Shown: piece after piece, positions 41,301 to 51,960 of the stretch
Layout: each line of letters starts with the position of its first letter
Numbering within the stretch: the first letter of the stretch is position 1
Notes under the pieces: model-generated
Seen by the model: the letters and a program-made list of their open reading frames with translations, nothing else
The model's database searches: none
Told to the model about the DNA's origin: nothing
Assembly: GCF_053078305.1 (NCBI RefSeq)
Contig: NZ_CP166879.1
Direction: 5' to 3' (one strand)
Length of the DNA stretch: 64,000 nt
Program-made: the position numbers and the translations under genes

Positions 41301-42670
41301 GAAATCTCCAGTTTATCTCCAGCCACCTGGGTTTTTATTGGGCCTTTGCCAGTGATTTCGACATTGTCACCAAGACTCTTCGTCAGCGTCTTACCATCTC
41401 CACCTTTAATTTTGATGGCATCATTTTTTATTTCATTTTTCAGCGTTGTTCCGTCAATCGTCATTCCTTTATCATTAACAGTAACTGCAATATCTCCATC
41501 ACCTTTAACAGTTAAAGTGTTACCATTCTTATTATCCTTCCCACCATTAATAGTCGCAGAACCTCCCTTATCATCCTTTAGCGTCCACGTCGGATTAATG
41601 GCATCAAGGTCATCTTTCAGTGTCTTCGCTATCGCATATAACTGACTACCGTTAATGGCATCTGTACTTGTGTCAGAAATCGCACCCGCCCCCACGTTAA
41701 CAATCTGACGCTCTTTACCCGCATCACCAACAGATACTACTGATGCTGCGTTATTTCCGGCAAAGCCACTATATGTGACTTCCGCGCCTCTTTTAGTTCT
41801 GACCTTAGCCTCTGTTACTTTTTGTGCCTGCTTATCCCTGGAGTCAGCGCCGATGGACACGTTCCCCTTTGCGACAGTAACGGTTGCTCCATGCCCCAGG
41901 GCAACCGTTTCATTCTGAGCGGCATTTGCCTCTGAACCAACAGCAAGAGCATCGTTTTTATTTGCAGAGGACTGACTACCAACGGCCAGAGCATTACCGG
42001 CATTAGCCAGCGCATTAAAACCAACCGCAGTCGCCATATCCCCTTTAGCTTCCGCCGTGGCTCCAATTGCATTCGAGGCCATCCCCTCAGCAGAACTCAC
42101 CGAACCAAGCGATACTGACAATTCGCCTTTAGCAAAAGTTCTGCTGCCCAGCGCAATACTGCCATCCCCCTGCGCTTCCGATGCAAGATAGCCATTCTCT
42201 ATTTTTTCCCGACCATAAGTCTTACCATGCAAAGGAGTTAAATCATCCCCACCAATAACAATAGCCCCCCATCCGGTAGCTTTGGTATCGCCACCTATTG
42301 CAATTGACTGTTCTTTAGTTGCTTTCGTTTTCGCTCCTATCGCAATAGACTCGCCTGTGTACAAACCTTCCTTCGTGCTAATGTCACCTCCAGCCTCTGC
42401 ACTGGTACCAATCGCGATAGAGTTACGTCCTTCAGCCACCGGTGATTTATGGTCGAAATTAATTCCCTTTGATTCATCTTTTGCTGTAAATTTCGTTGTA
42501 CCTATTTCAATGCTCTTCCAGTCATCGCCATAGACATCATGGCCAAGGCTGGTTTCATCAACTTCAACAGTTAACTTATTTGTATCTGCCTGAGCACTGA
42601 CCTGTGATATGGATGCCGGATTAAGAACAAGTGATATGGCTATACAGATATGTTTTTTTCTGAGGTTCAT
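38339..42670 (-). CDS. large trimeric autotransporter adhesin (YadA family; UpaG/EhaG/SadA-like)
   Basis: Extended signal peptide MNLRKKHICIAISLVLNPASISQVSAQA with RBS gaggg; repetitive head/stalk; C-terminal YadA anchor ending ...GAGVGWQW (the ORF extends to 42703). Confidence 0.85.
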   Translation of the reverse strand: MNLRKKHICIAISLVLNPASISQVSAQADTNKLTVEVDETSLGHDVYGDDWKSIEIGTTKFTAKDESKGINFDHKSPVAEGRNSIAIGTSAEAGGDISTKEGLYTGESIAIGAKTKATKEQSIAIGGDTKATGWGAIVIGGDDLTPLHGKTYGREKIENGYLASEAQGDGSIALGSRTFAKGELSVSLGSVSSAEGMASNAIGATAEAKGDMATAVGFNALANAGNALAVGSQSSANKNDALAVGSEANAAQNETVALGHGATVTVAKGNVSIGADSRDKQAQKVTEAKVRTKRGAEVTYSGFAGNNAASVVSVGDAGKERQIVNVGAGAISDTSTDAINGSQLYAIAKTLKDDLDAINPTWTLKDDKGGSATINGGKDNKNGNTLTVKGDGDIAVTVNDKGMTIDGTTLKNEIKNDAIKIKGGDGKTLTKSLGDNVEITGKGPIKTQVAGDKLEISAETASLPVNGGNGKITVNNGDGDKLVTAKNIADAINQSGWKIKADKDTGGVIEGNGQGTETLIKPGDMVTLKAGKNLSVKQSGGDFTFSVIDTPSFSSVQLNGKGNNGSVTLSSEGNKLTLSGGNGAGQNGVVISGVASGLEGKELSTLTNTDKEMKNAASVADLKTAIDGVSSSMQGAGFALKDSDDKEVKQSLGQAIKVSGDSNITTTAITNGDKGLKISLNNDLSVGSNNTPGSIKVNGADGKEAVSLNGQDGTIKLTSSPAAGGKSASATIAVNAGKGGLTDAAGTTKTRLTYTPDGKSPAEELATMNDGLSFEGDDGKVIHKKLNEKLTIKGGAEKNAEVTDGNIRVDNDNGGLLVRMTRNLRDLASAVFGTGGQITTVNDKGITITTPAAGGGQGNTVSLTGSGLNNGGNQITSVASGLNGTALADAGGDVLNNAANIGDLKNALRDSSAALVNTGFGLQADDGSKVNTSLGKHITVGGDGQNISTTVQNGSLTVRLADNIRLGDDGSVSVGGTRMDKNGLTIKDGPSVTVNGIDAAGRVISGVKDGVNDQDAVNVSQLNREISQATAATTWALKTESGDEAVAVSSQTVEVRHGQNTRVSAISKDDKGNYSYEIDVTGIPVEYTDSQGNPLVNIGGRFYTQTEDAATGKLTMTPAEPARVRISSEQPLVLTNVAAGNVSPVSTDAVNGSQLASAARIAGGDNVVWKDGKAALAPDTFSELTTAGGGKTTVNGGVHKTPDNVADAVNMLNREGTKYFKAASSGQAAKAEGRDSIAVGQGAVSRGQNSIAMGNGAEVTRQAAAGSVAVGSHARAGRANTGTYALNGQAVAGRTGSDTAVVSFGQPGQERQLQSVAPGVLSANSTDAVNGSQLHATNRQVAGNTQAINTLGNKFSQLSYRVEELNRDIRGVGASAAAMSGIPQAYLPGKSLMGLGVGGYGGESAIAIGVSRISDNGKMIMKLNAGQNTRGNFSVGAGVGWQW

Positions 42671-43343
42671 ATATACCCTCTTTTCTCCTTTATTTTCTTC
42701 CACTCAGTCGGAATAGCATAAAAATCATGCATGAATATTATGTAAGGTGGACTACCTTCATTTCTTCAGCATCCATTTTTTATAAAGCCAGAAGTGAACA
42801 AAACGGGAACCATTAAAAAGCAGACAAAAGGCAATAAAGTGATTTATAATAATGCAAACATAAAACATATTAAGTTTAAGTAAACTACCCGACATTACGC
42901 GTTACAGCAGAATGCAGGTACACTACCTGCCATTGCCTGACGCACTGGCGAAGGCAGTAAAAATGAGATACATTTCACTTCGCAGCAAAAAAAACGAAAT
43001 CCTGCAATTTTTCTGATTTTACTGACAGAAAAGCCCGAGAGTTAAATTTAAATAACTTAAAAGATTCTGTGGTATAATCAGGTTCATACAGGCCTGATTG
43101 TTTCACAGGAAATTAAATCTTTTAAATCAACAGGCTATGGAGGTGTAATGGTGATGAATTGTGTAAAGATAGAGTGTGAGTATAACTGGAGTAATAAAAC
43201 CAAATTAAAATTATCAATATTTAACAAATGTAATTTATTAAGTTTATTTTTATCAAAATTAAAAGCATTACAACCTGGAAGCTGACGTTACTGATTACTA
43301 TACTGGTACCTGAGGCGCACGGCCTCAGGTTATCTATATTCTC

Positions 43344-45392
43344 TCAGAAGGATATTCTTACATTAGCCCAGTAACGACGTCCTTCATCGACCTGCCAGTT
43401 ACCATCAATGGTATCGATATCTTCGCTCTTTCTGTCTGTGACGTTAAGTACGGCAAAATTAATCAGCGTGCCTGGCAGGAACTGGTAATTCATACCAATA
43501 TCCATAGAAGTGAATCCATTACGAACACGGGGAACCTTGGCACCATTTCTTTGTGCTGCCCAGATTTGTTTTCCTGTATAATTCAGAGATGAATAAAATG
43601 TAATATCCTGAGTGTAATCCCATTCCAGTTTTGCATTGGCTGCATGTCTGGGAGTTCTTTCCAGAGGTTCCCCTTTCAGCGACTTGCCATTGAGACTTTC
43701 GTCATCGCTTTCTCGACGGGAGTCAGTGAATGTATAGTTTGCAGATACACGCCATTTATCATACACAGGAATCTGAGTTGCAAGCTCCACACCTCTGATA
43801 TTTGCCTCACCCACATTATCATAAATAAAAGTGTTTAGCCCAGTGACTGGATCTTTTGTGCCTATATCGTAACTGGTCAGCTTATTTTTAAAATCTGTAT
43901 TAAACAGAGTCGCGCTTGCTGAAAAACCACTGTCATTATTATAAATAATACCGATCTCTTCGGTTACACTGGTCTCCGGTTTCAGGTCCCTGTTTCCATA
44001 CATAATAGAGGCACCACCCTGCGTCAGTGTTCCAAATCCAGGACTGACCTCACGAATCGAAGGGGCCCGAAATGCTTTTGCGATCCCTCCTTTGAGAGTG
44101 AGATTATCGGTCAGGTTATAAACAGCATACAATCTTGGATTCCAGTAACTGCCATAGATTTCATGGTTATCGAGGCGCAACCCTCCAGTCAGGGCGAGAG
44201 AATCCGTTGCAGCATATTCATTTTCTATAAAAACAGCTTTCTGTTTAACTGAAACAGACTGTGTTTCTGTCGTTTTTTTACCTGTGGCTGAGTCATCACG
44301 GAGTTCTGCATGCTGAAATTGACCTCCGATGGTCAGCACATTTTCCGGCAGAAATGCCGTCACTTTTGCATCTATGATCGTGTTGGTTATTTCCGGTTTT
44401 CTTGACTCGTAATTAAGATCCCAATGATTATATTTATCTTTTTTACCAGATTTAACCTCACGAATAACTTTCTCCTGATAAACAGCAATTTCAGGATGCA
44501 GTATTTCGCCCTGGGCATTCCATGCTGCTACCCAGTGACTACGTGAGTTATGTGTTTCTCTTTTACTGTTTGGTTGTTTAAGATTTCCCCGCATAGTCCA
44601 GGCATCAAGAGAATCACCAGGTGTTAATGTATGTTCCTGGTTATTTTTTCCGTATTCAAAAACAAACTTCTGGCTTTCAGTCGGAGTAAACTGGAGTGTT
44701 GCCGTTATATTCTTATTATCTTTTGCTGGTGTTCCCTGAGAGATACTATCTTCCTTGCGATAGTTCATTCCTCCATATAACTGAAGACCAAGTTTATCCT
44801 TAACCAATGGGCCTGACAGGTAGAAGTCATTCGTGGTTGAGTTACCAAATTTCCCATGTTCCTGAATAATTCCCCCAAGCCCAAGTACGCCATCCCATGT
44901 CTGGTTATTAACAGGTTTGGTTATGATATTAATAACTCCTCCGATAGCATCGGAACCATACAGGGAAGACATAGGGCCACGTATAACTTCAATACGCTCA
45001 ATTGCTTCCACAGGAGGGATAAATCCGGCTTCAAAACCGCCGCTGCCGTTTGGTCTGGATTCCCGACCACTCTGACGTCGTCCATCGACCAGAATCAATG
45101 TATAATCGCCACTTAACCCACGTATACTGATATCCGGTTTTTCATTCCCACCGGTGATACTAATCCCTTCAACATCTTTTACCGCATCGACCAGGTCTGA
45201 AACCGGTTTTTTTTGCAGTTGCTCTGAAGTAATGACTGAAACACTGGCCGGTGCATTTCTGAGTTGCTGAGTGAAGCCGGAGGCAGTAACAACAAGCGTA
45301 TCTTCTTTTTTATCAGAACTGGCATAACCTGATGATATGACTGCAGAACATATCACGGCAATGCCCGGAGCAATGATATATTTGTTCTTCAT
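43344..45392 (-). CDS. TonB-dependent outer-membrane siderophore receptor (IrgA/IreA/Iha-like)
   Basis: Signal peptide from the internal ATG; TonB box DTLVVTAS; plug and barrel; C-terminal aromatic ...VRISF. Confidence 0.85.
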   Translation of the reverse strand: MKNKYIIAPGIAVICSAVISSGYASSDKKEDTLVVTASGFTQQLRNAPASVSVITSEQLQKKPVSDLVDAVKDVEGISITGGNEKPDISIRGLSGDYTLILVDGRRQSGRESRPNGSGGFEAGFIPPVEAIERIEVIRGPMSSLYGSDAIGGVINIITKPVNNQTWDGVLGLGGIIQEHGKFGNSTTNDFYLSGPLVKDKLGLQLYGGMNYRKEDSISQGTPAKDNKNITATLQFTPTESQKFVFEYGKNNQEHTLTPGDSLDAWTMRGNLKQPNSKRETHNSRSHWVAAWNAQGEILHPEIAVYQEKVIREVKSGKKDKYNHWDLNYESRKPEITNTIIDAKVTAFLPENVLTIGGQFQHAELRDDSATGKKTTETQSVSVKQKAVFIENEYAATDSLALTGGLRLDNHEIYGSYWNPRLYAVYNLTDNLTLKGGIAKAFRAPSIREVSPGFGTLTQGGASIMYGNRDLKPETSVTEEIGIIYNNDSGFSASATLFNTDFKNKLTSYDIGTKDPVTGLNTFIYDNVGEANIRGVELATQIPVYDKWRVSANYTFTDSRRESDDESLNGKSLKGEPLERTPRHAANAKLEWDYTQDITFYSSLNYTGKQIWAAQRNGAKVPRVRNGFTSMDIGMNYQFLPGTLINFAVLNVTDRKSEDIDTIDGNWQVDEGRRYWANVRISF

Positions 45393-45412
45393 AAATTTCC
45401 CTTTTCTAAAAT

Positions 45413-45431
45413 CGTAATGATAATGATTTGC
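45413..45431 (-). promoter_or_regulatory. Fur-box-like operator upstream of the TonB-dependent receptor
   Basis: cgTAATGATAATgATTtgC matches the 19 bp Fur consensus GATAATGATAATCATTATC at 14 of 19 positions, about 20 bp upstream of the start codon. Confidence 0.45.
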
Positions 45432-46158
45432 GTTAGCAAGAAAAAATTTACAATGAACAGAAAGGAAGGTAAATAACATTTAGCTCATTCAGGTAACACT
45501 TTGAACCTGTCCGACTTGATGAGAATCAGCCCCTTTCTACGAGGGACTCCTTACTGTATAATTTATAGTCCTGTCGAAGAGGTAAAATCTTTCAACCGGA
45601 TATCTCCATAAACAGCATTCCAGTAAATCAAGCAAGAGTGAACAGGAGACTGGTGCTGTTTATTACGGTATGCTTGTCCGATGTGGTGGAAAATAAAAAT
45701 GGGCGACTGACCAGATATGGGAGTCTCCGGTCAGTCATTCGCTTGTAGATGCAGGACATAAGCGAACCAAGGCCCACTGCTTCTGCGCAAAAGCAAGGGG
45801 GAGTTTACCCTGGTAGATTGAGTTTCGCGTCACTGACCAGTCAGAGCTTCAGACTCATCTTACACCACTAACCCCCTTACCACTCCTGAATCTTCCCTCG
45901 GCAACAGCCAAGACAGTATCGTACTGTTCACCACCATCTTTTCCCGTGAATGACAGTAAGTGCAAAGCCCCAATATAAATCAGTACTTCCGATGACAGAC
46001 AGTGAAGGCGTAAGGTGAAATATGCACGTAAGGCAGTATGACTTTCCGTGAGACAGATGCTGTCCAACGTGGGATATTTAATGCGGGTTAACATCGTTGT
46101 CAGAGCCGCATGGGTGAGCTGTTGCTACCCCCCTGGAATTTCCACCACGGAGGCCAGC

Positions 46159-47245
46159 ATGAACAACAATAACATGTTGTACGTCGAATTAGATGTTCAC
46201 AAAGAATCGATTACTGTCTCCTATGCTATCAATTCAGAACCTGTTGAACTGATGGGTAAAATTAGCACATCACCTACTGACATTCATAATCTTTATCAAC
46301 GTATCAGGTCAAAGTCATCGCAGGTCAGTATCGTTTATAAAGCGGGACCCTGTGGTTATGGACTTTATCGTCGGCTGGTGAAATCCGGTTTTGACTGCAT
46401 GGTCTGCGCCCCCTCACTTATCCCGAAAAAACCGGGGGAGCGGGGTAAAACCGACACCGTGATGCCATCAGACTTGTGCGTTCACTGCGTGCAGGAGATC
46501 TTTCTGCTGTCTACGTATCCGGCGTTGAAGATGAGGCATTCCGGGATTTGGCCCGGGCATGGGCATCTGCCCGCGATGATTTACGGCATGCAAGGCAACG
46601 TCTGAAATCGTTTCTTCTGGTTCATGGGGTCCATTATGTCGGGCGAGCAGATTGGGGCCCTGCACACCGACACTGGCTCAGCAAATACTCATTCGAAAGT
46701 CCCTGGCGACAATTAGCTTTTGACGAACACCGTTGTACAATAGAAGACCGGCAGGCACAATGTGAACGGCTGGAATCCGCCCGAAGGAGGCCGTTACCGA
46801 ATGGAGGCTGTATCCGGTAGTAGAGGCGCAGCAAGCCATGCGAGGGATTCAGTTTATTACTGCGGTTGGATTAATTTCTGAACTGGGTGATCTGACCCGT
46901 TTTGAACATCCACGACAACTGATGTCATGGTTTGGTATCACGCCATCAGAATATTCATCGGGTGGAAGCAGACATCAGGGCAGCATTACCAAAGCCGGAA
47001 ACAGCTATGCCAGAAAGCTATTGGTTGAGGCAGCGTGGAGTTACCGGCATCCGACACGCATCAGTCCGGCAATACAAAAAATCAGGAAAATTTACCCCGC
47101 CCCGTCATTGACAGAGCATGGGATGCTCAACTCAGGCTTTGCAAGAGGTCTCGAAAACTTCAGGCCAAAGGAAAGAATGTCAATATTACAATTGTCGCTG
47201 TCGCACGTGAGCAGGTGGTTTTATCTGGGATATGGGGCGGGATAG
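46159..47245 (+). pseudogene. IS110-family transposase, frameshifted into three ORFs
   Basis: Three consecutive ORFs in different frames together cover the N-terminal (YVELDVHKESI), middle and C-terminal (GSRHQGSITKAGNSYARKLL) regions of an IS110-type transposase. Confidence 0.7.
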
Positions 47246-47368
47246 CCACGTTTGTCGCACAATAACCACAATGTCACAAATAAAGAATGAGGATAACCAG
47301 TTCCCTGAAGGTGACGTAGCTCAGAACAAGAGTAACTCATGTTAGCTGTCTGGCGATGGCTGAAGTGG

Positions 47369-47686
<318 letters not shown>

Positions 47687-47693
47687 CTAAGAG

Positions 47694-48371
47694 TCAAGAC
47701 GTTATCGGGATGCAGTTAACATGCCTGTTTTGATTTCGTAGTAATGTATAAACTTCGCGTGAGATATAGCGCTTCAGACAGCGTATTGCTTCCATTTTTG
47801 TATGTCCTTCGGCTACTCGCCTGGAGACATATTCCTTTGTTTTATCGTCAGTTTGTAAACATCCTATAGTGATGATGTAAAGTGCACTATTTGCAACACG
47901 CTCCCCACCCCGATTAAGTCGGTAATGGTTCGTTTTTCCAGAAGATAGGGGAAACTGGCTGACACCGCACAACGCCGCAAAACCTGATTCGGTTCTTAAC
48001 CGTTAGGGATTGTCTCCGGCAGAGATCAACAACTGCAAAGCGCTTTCGTATCCAACAGCATTACGTTTAATCAGTTCAGGTGCCAGTTCATCAACAATTG
48101 CCGCAATCATGACATCCAAGTTGGTGATTTCATCATGAAACTCGAAATAGCGTCGAACAAGGGATTTCAATGTAATGCGATAAACGTTGGTAACATTACT
48201 GTATTCACTGGCATCAGGCCTCCAGGATCCCAGAGTCCTGATAAGTTGCATATGTGTCATATTTCTGAGTTGTTCGAGTAATTCATCCGGTGCAGAGATA
48301 ATATAGGAATGGATAATCTGGAGAGCGCCTCTGCGGGCTGATATTGCGGTTTTGCGGCAAATTTTTAGCAC
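47694..48371 (-). pseudogene. IS110-family transposase fragments
   Basis: C-terminal motif RLNRGGERVANSALYIITIGCLQ...AIRCLKRYISREVYTLLR; upstream ORF in a different frame. Confidence 0.55.
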
Positions 48372-48422
48372 CCGCTACTACGCCAAATACCTGAAGTAGA
48401 AATGGATGTGTCACGAACGGTA

Positions 48423-48456
<34 letters not shown>

Positions 48457-48576
48457 AACTTTTCATCCGTCGTTGACAGGATGCGTTAGCAGCACACATC
48501 CGGCTCTGCGCGGGGAATAGCCGGAAACGGCTATCCCTACCACAATAGCTAACTTTGCAATAATCCCCTTTTGAGC

Positions 48577-49608
48577 TCATGTACTCTGACGTAATTCTAT
48601 CTGGTAGTTGAATTGCACGATACGCGACTCTTCTGATTCATCATGATTATTATTCAATAGTCCAATCAGCAGCTTACCCGTCTCTGTCCCCATTTTTTTG
48701 TAGTCAATACGGATGGATGTCAAGGTTGGGTGTGTTTGATCGCAACTGTCTGAACCGTCAAGACAAGCTACAGCGATATTTCCAGGGATTTTTAACAAAC
48801 GCCGCTGGCACTCAAACATGATACCCAGCGCAATCTCTTCGTGGCTGCAAATCACAGCATCCAGCTCTGGTTGTCGCAGTAATATCTCGTTTAATGCGTA
48901 ACGCCCCAATTGCAAACTTGCGGCACCCGGCATGGTGATAACAAGATCAGAGTTCTGGTAATAGCTCAGCATTGCTTTATGCCAGCCGTTCAGTTGCTGA
49001 CGTTGCAGGCGGTTGTCCATATGCGCACCGATAAATCCGATATTCTTATAACCCTGTTCCAGCATATGTTCGGTCAGTTTATGTGATGCTTCAAAAAATG
49101 CTGTTTCGATGGTAATTTGAGCCGGACTGAAAGGGGAACCGACAACGTTAATGGTAGGTATATTTGTTTTCTCGAGTATCTGGTGAGTTTTATCAGCCAA
49201 CTGAGAACCAAAAATAACTAACGCCGCCGGGTTACCTTGAAGAAGCGTCATCAGGATTTCAGCTTCTTTGAGCTGATTATACTCATGACACCCAAGCAGT
49301 AGCTGGAATTCATTTTTATTAAGCACCTGCTGCAACGACTGCATAAAGCGGGAGCTGGTTTTATCTGTCAGGGAAGGAACCAGTACGGCGACTGTATGAC
49401 TGTGACCAGATGCAAGGGCGCCAGCAGTTCTGTTGGGAATATAACCCAACTCTTCTACGGCCTGTTCTATCTTTTCCCTCAGCTTGTCAGAAACCTGTTC
49501 CGGTGTTCTCAGCGCGCGGGAAACGGTCATGGTTCCGACACCTGCAAAGTTAGCGACCTCCTGCAGCGTCACCCGTCCGGTACCACGGCGCTTACGTGTT
49601 TTTCCCAT
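48577..49608 (-). CDS. LacI-family transcriptional regulator
   Basis: 343 aa; N-terminal HTH VTLQEVANFAGVGTMTVSRAL; periplasmic-binding-like effector domain. Confidence 0.85.
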   Translation of the reverse strand: MGKTRKRRGTGRVTLQEVANFAGVGTMTVSRALRTPEQVSDKLREKIEQAVEELGYIPNRTAGALASGHSHTVAVLVPSLTDKTSSRFMQSLQQVLNKNEFQLLLGCHEYNQLKEAEILMTLLQGNPAALVIFGSQLADKTHQILEKTNIPTINVVGSPFSPAQITIETAFFEASHKLTEHMLEQGYKNIGFIGAHMDNRLQRQQLNGWHKAMLSYYQNSDLVITMPGAASLQLGRYALNEILLRQPELDAVICSHEEIALGIMFECQRRLLKIPGNIAVACLDGSDSCDQTHPTLTSIRIDYKKMGTETGKLLIGLLNNNHDESEESRIVQFNYQIELRQST

Positions 49609-49878
49609 TTCGACTCCATGGATAATTACAACCAGCTGTTTTCATTACTTTTATTTTACCATTACTCTTTCCAGTTTTTGCCCACGGTAGCAAATATCCT
49701 GTTGCATTGTATATGCAGGAACCGAATATAGCCAAAGCATGGCGGCAGAGAAATGATAGCGCTATCACAAAGATCGGTAGCGTTATCAGATAGCGCTATC
49801 AAATGCGACAATCATCACATTAATTAATGCGTAAAATATCTACTCTCCTGTTAATTATCATCGGGAGTTATCAGTCGC

Positions 49879-50322
49879 ATGTTAAAAAATCTATTAAATA
49901 CAAAGGTCGTTCAGGTCGTGGAACAGGTCAAAGACTGGCGGGAAGCCGTGGCGATTTCATGCCGACCGTTGATTGAAAACGGTTCTATCGAACCACGTTA
50001 TGTTGATGCGATCTATCACTCTCACGACACTATCGGTCCGTACTATGTGGTTGGCCCTGGTATTGCGATGCCTCATGCGCGCCCGGAAGAGGGGGCTAAC
50101 AAGCTGTCATTAGCACTGACCCTGATCCCTTCAGGTGTGAATTTTGATGCCGATGAAAACGATCCAGTGAAATTACTGATTGTGCTGGCTGCAACCGACA
50201 GTACCAGCCACATTGAAGCGATTTCTCAACTCGCCAAGTTATTCGATAACGAAAAAGACATACAGGCTATTTTGACGGCCAAAACGACGCAGGACATTTT
50301 GTCTGTTATTGCGCGCTATTAA
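49879..50322 (+). CDS. PTS EIIA component (ascorbate/UlaC-like family)
   Basis: 147 aa; resembles UlaC/SgaA-type IIA with the conserved phosphorylatable His region (GIAMPHAR). Confidence 0.8.
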   Translation: MLKNLLNTKVVQVVEQVKDWREAVAISCRPLIENGSIEPRYVDAIYHSHDTIGPYYVVGPGIAMPHARPEEGANKLSLALTLIPSGVNFDADENDPVKLLIVLAATDSTSHIEAISQLAKLFDNEKDIQAILTAKTTQDILSVIARY

Positions 50323-50337
50323 TCCTGAGGAACATTT

Positions 50338-50625
50338 ATGAAAATTACAGTGGTTTGCGGTAACGGCTTAGGCACCAGCCTGATGATGGAAATGAGCATT
50401 AAAAGCATTTTGAAGGATTTGTCCGTCAGCGCTGATGTTGATCATGTCGACCTGGGCTCCGCGAAAGGGACGCCGAGTGATATCTATGTCGGCACCAAAG
50501 ACATTGCCGAGCAGTTAGTCGCGCAGTCTGTCGCAGGCAAAATCGTCGCACTGGAAAATATGATTGATAAGAAAGCCATGAGAGAACGTTTATCCGTGGC
50601 ATTAACCGAATTAGGCGCACTGTAA
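50338..50625 (+). CDS. PTS EIIB component (UlaB-like)
   Basis: 95 aa; N-terminal Cys motif KITVVCGNGLGTS. Confidence 0.8.
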   Translation: MKITVVCGNGLGTSLMMEMSIKSILKDLSVSADVDHVDLGSAKGTPSDIYVGTKDIAEQLVAQSVAGKIVALENMIDKKAMRERLSVALTELGAL

Positions 50626-50637
50626 GCTGGGGGCGAT

Positions 50638-51894
50638 ATGGATTTCTTTCGTTTTTTGATGAGCGATGTACTTTCCGAACCCGCAGTGCTGGTCGGTTTA
50701 ATCGCCCTGATTGGCCTGATTGCACAGAAAAAACCGGTAACCGAATGCATTAAAGGTACCGTCAAGACCATTATGGGGTTTGTGATTTTAGGCGCAGGGG
50801 CGGGTTTAGTTGTGTCGTCACTGAGTGACTTCGCAAACATTTTCCAGTATGCCTTTGGTATTCAGGGTGTAGTGCCGAACAATGAAGCCATTGTTTCCGT
50901 AGCGCAGAAAAGCTTCGGGAAAGAAATGGCGATGATTATGTTCTTTGCGATGGTTATCAACATTATGATTGCCCGTTTCACACCGTGGAAATTTATCTTC
51001 CTGACCGGTCATCACACGTTGTTTATGTCGATGATGGTAGCGGTAATTCTGGCAACAGCAGGCATGACCGGCATTACGCTTATAGCCGTTGGCTCTTTGG
51101 TTGTTGGCGTGGCAATGGTCTTTTTCCCGGCTATTGCGCATCCGTACATGAAGAAAGTGACCGGTTCTGATGACGTTGCCATCGGCCACTTCTCAACATT
51201 ATCTTATGTATTGGCCGGTTTCATCGGCAGCAAGTTTGGTAATAAAGAGCACTCGACTGAAGACATGAATGTGCCGAAAAGTCTGCTGTTCTTGCGCGAC
51301 ACGCCGGTTGCTATCTCTTTTACCATGAGCATAATTTTCCTGGTGACGTGCCTGTTTGCGGGTGCAGATGCGGTGAAAGAGCTTAGCGGTGGTAAAAACT
51401 GGTTCATGTTCTCTATCATGCAATCCATTACCTTCGCAGCTGGCGTGTACATCATTCTGCAGGGTGTGCGCATGGTGATTGCGGAGATTGTCCCGGCATT
51501 CAAAGGTATTTCAGACAAGCTGGTTCCGAATGCCAGACCTGCTCTCGATTGCCCGGTCGTCTTCCCTTACGCACCTAACGCTGTACTGGTTGGTTTCCTG
51601 AGTAGCTTTGCTGCAGGTTTAATCGGTATGTTCACGTTGTATTTGCTGAACATGATCGTGATTATTCCTGGTGTGGTGCCGCACTTCTTCGTAGGTGCAG
51701 CTGCAGGGGTATTCGGTAATGCAACGGGTGGACGTCGTGGTGCGATTTTGGGTGCCTTCGCTCAGGGCTTGCTTATTACCTTCCTGCCAGTATTCTTATT
51801 GCCTGTGCTGGGTAACATTGGTTTTGCTAACACCACCTTCAGTGATGCTGACTTTGGCGCACTGGGTATTTTGTTAGGGATTATCGTTCGCTAA
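50638..51894 (+). CDS. PTS EIIC permease (UlaA/SgaT-like)
   Basis: 418 aa polytopic membrane protein, colinear with UlaA as recalled; somewhat shorter than UlaA (about 465 aa). Confidence 0.8.
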   Translation: MDFFRFLMSDVLSEPAVLVGLIALIGLIAQKKPVTECIKGTVKTIMGFVILGAGAGLVVSSLSDFANIFQYAFGIQGVVPNNEAIVSVAQKSFGKEMAMIMFFAMVINIMIARFTPWKFIFLTGHHTLFMSMMVAVILATAGMTGITLIAVGSLVVGVAMVFFPAIAHPYMKKVTGSDDVAIGHFSTLSYVLAGFIGSKFGNKEHSTEDMNVPKSLLFLRDTPVAISFTMSIIFLVTCLFAGADAVKELSGGKNWFMFSIMQSITFAAGVYIILQGVRMVIAEIVPAFKGISDKLVPNARPALDCPVVFPYAPNAVLVGFLSSFAAGLIGMFTLYLLNMIVIIPGVVPHFFVGAAAGVFGNATGGRRGAILGAFAQGLLITFLPVFLLPVLGNIGFANTTFSDADFGALGILLGIIVR

Positions 51895-51907
51895 TATTTT
51901 GATGACA

Positions 51908-51960
51908 TTAATATCCTCCAGGATTTCAGGAACGTGGAGGATATTAATTCCTCTTATTTT
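51908..51960 (+). terminator. putative intrinsic terminator after the PTS IIC gene
   Basis: Perfect 13 bp inverted repeat TTAATATCCTCCA / TGGAGGATATTAA around a 14 nt loop, followed by a T-rich tract. Confidence 0.45.

Noticed and set aside
38695-41645. Several 60-180 aa plus-strand ORFs
   Set aside because: All lie antisense within the large trimeric autotransporter gene and have biased Ser/Pro/Leu composition typical of antisense frames.
45480-46150. Possible tRNA or integrase attachment site between the TonB receptor and the IS110 pseudogene
   Set aside because: No cloverleaf-compatible sequence or conserved tRNA 3' end found by eye; more likely the 5' non-coding part of the IS110-family element.
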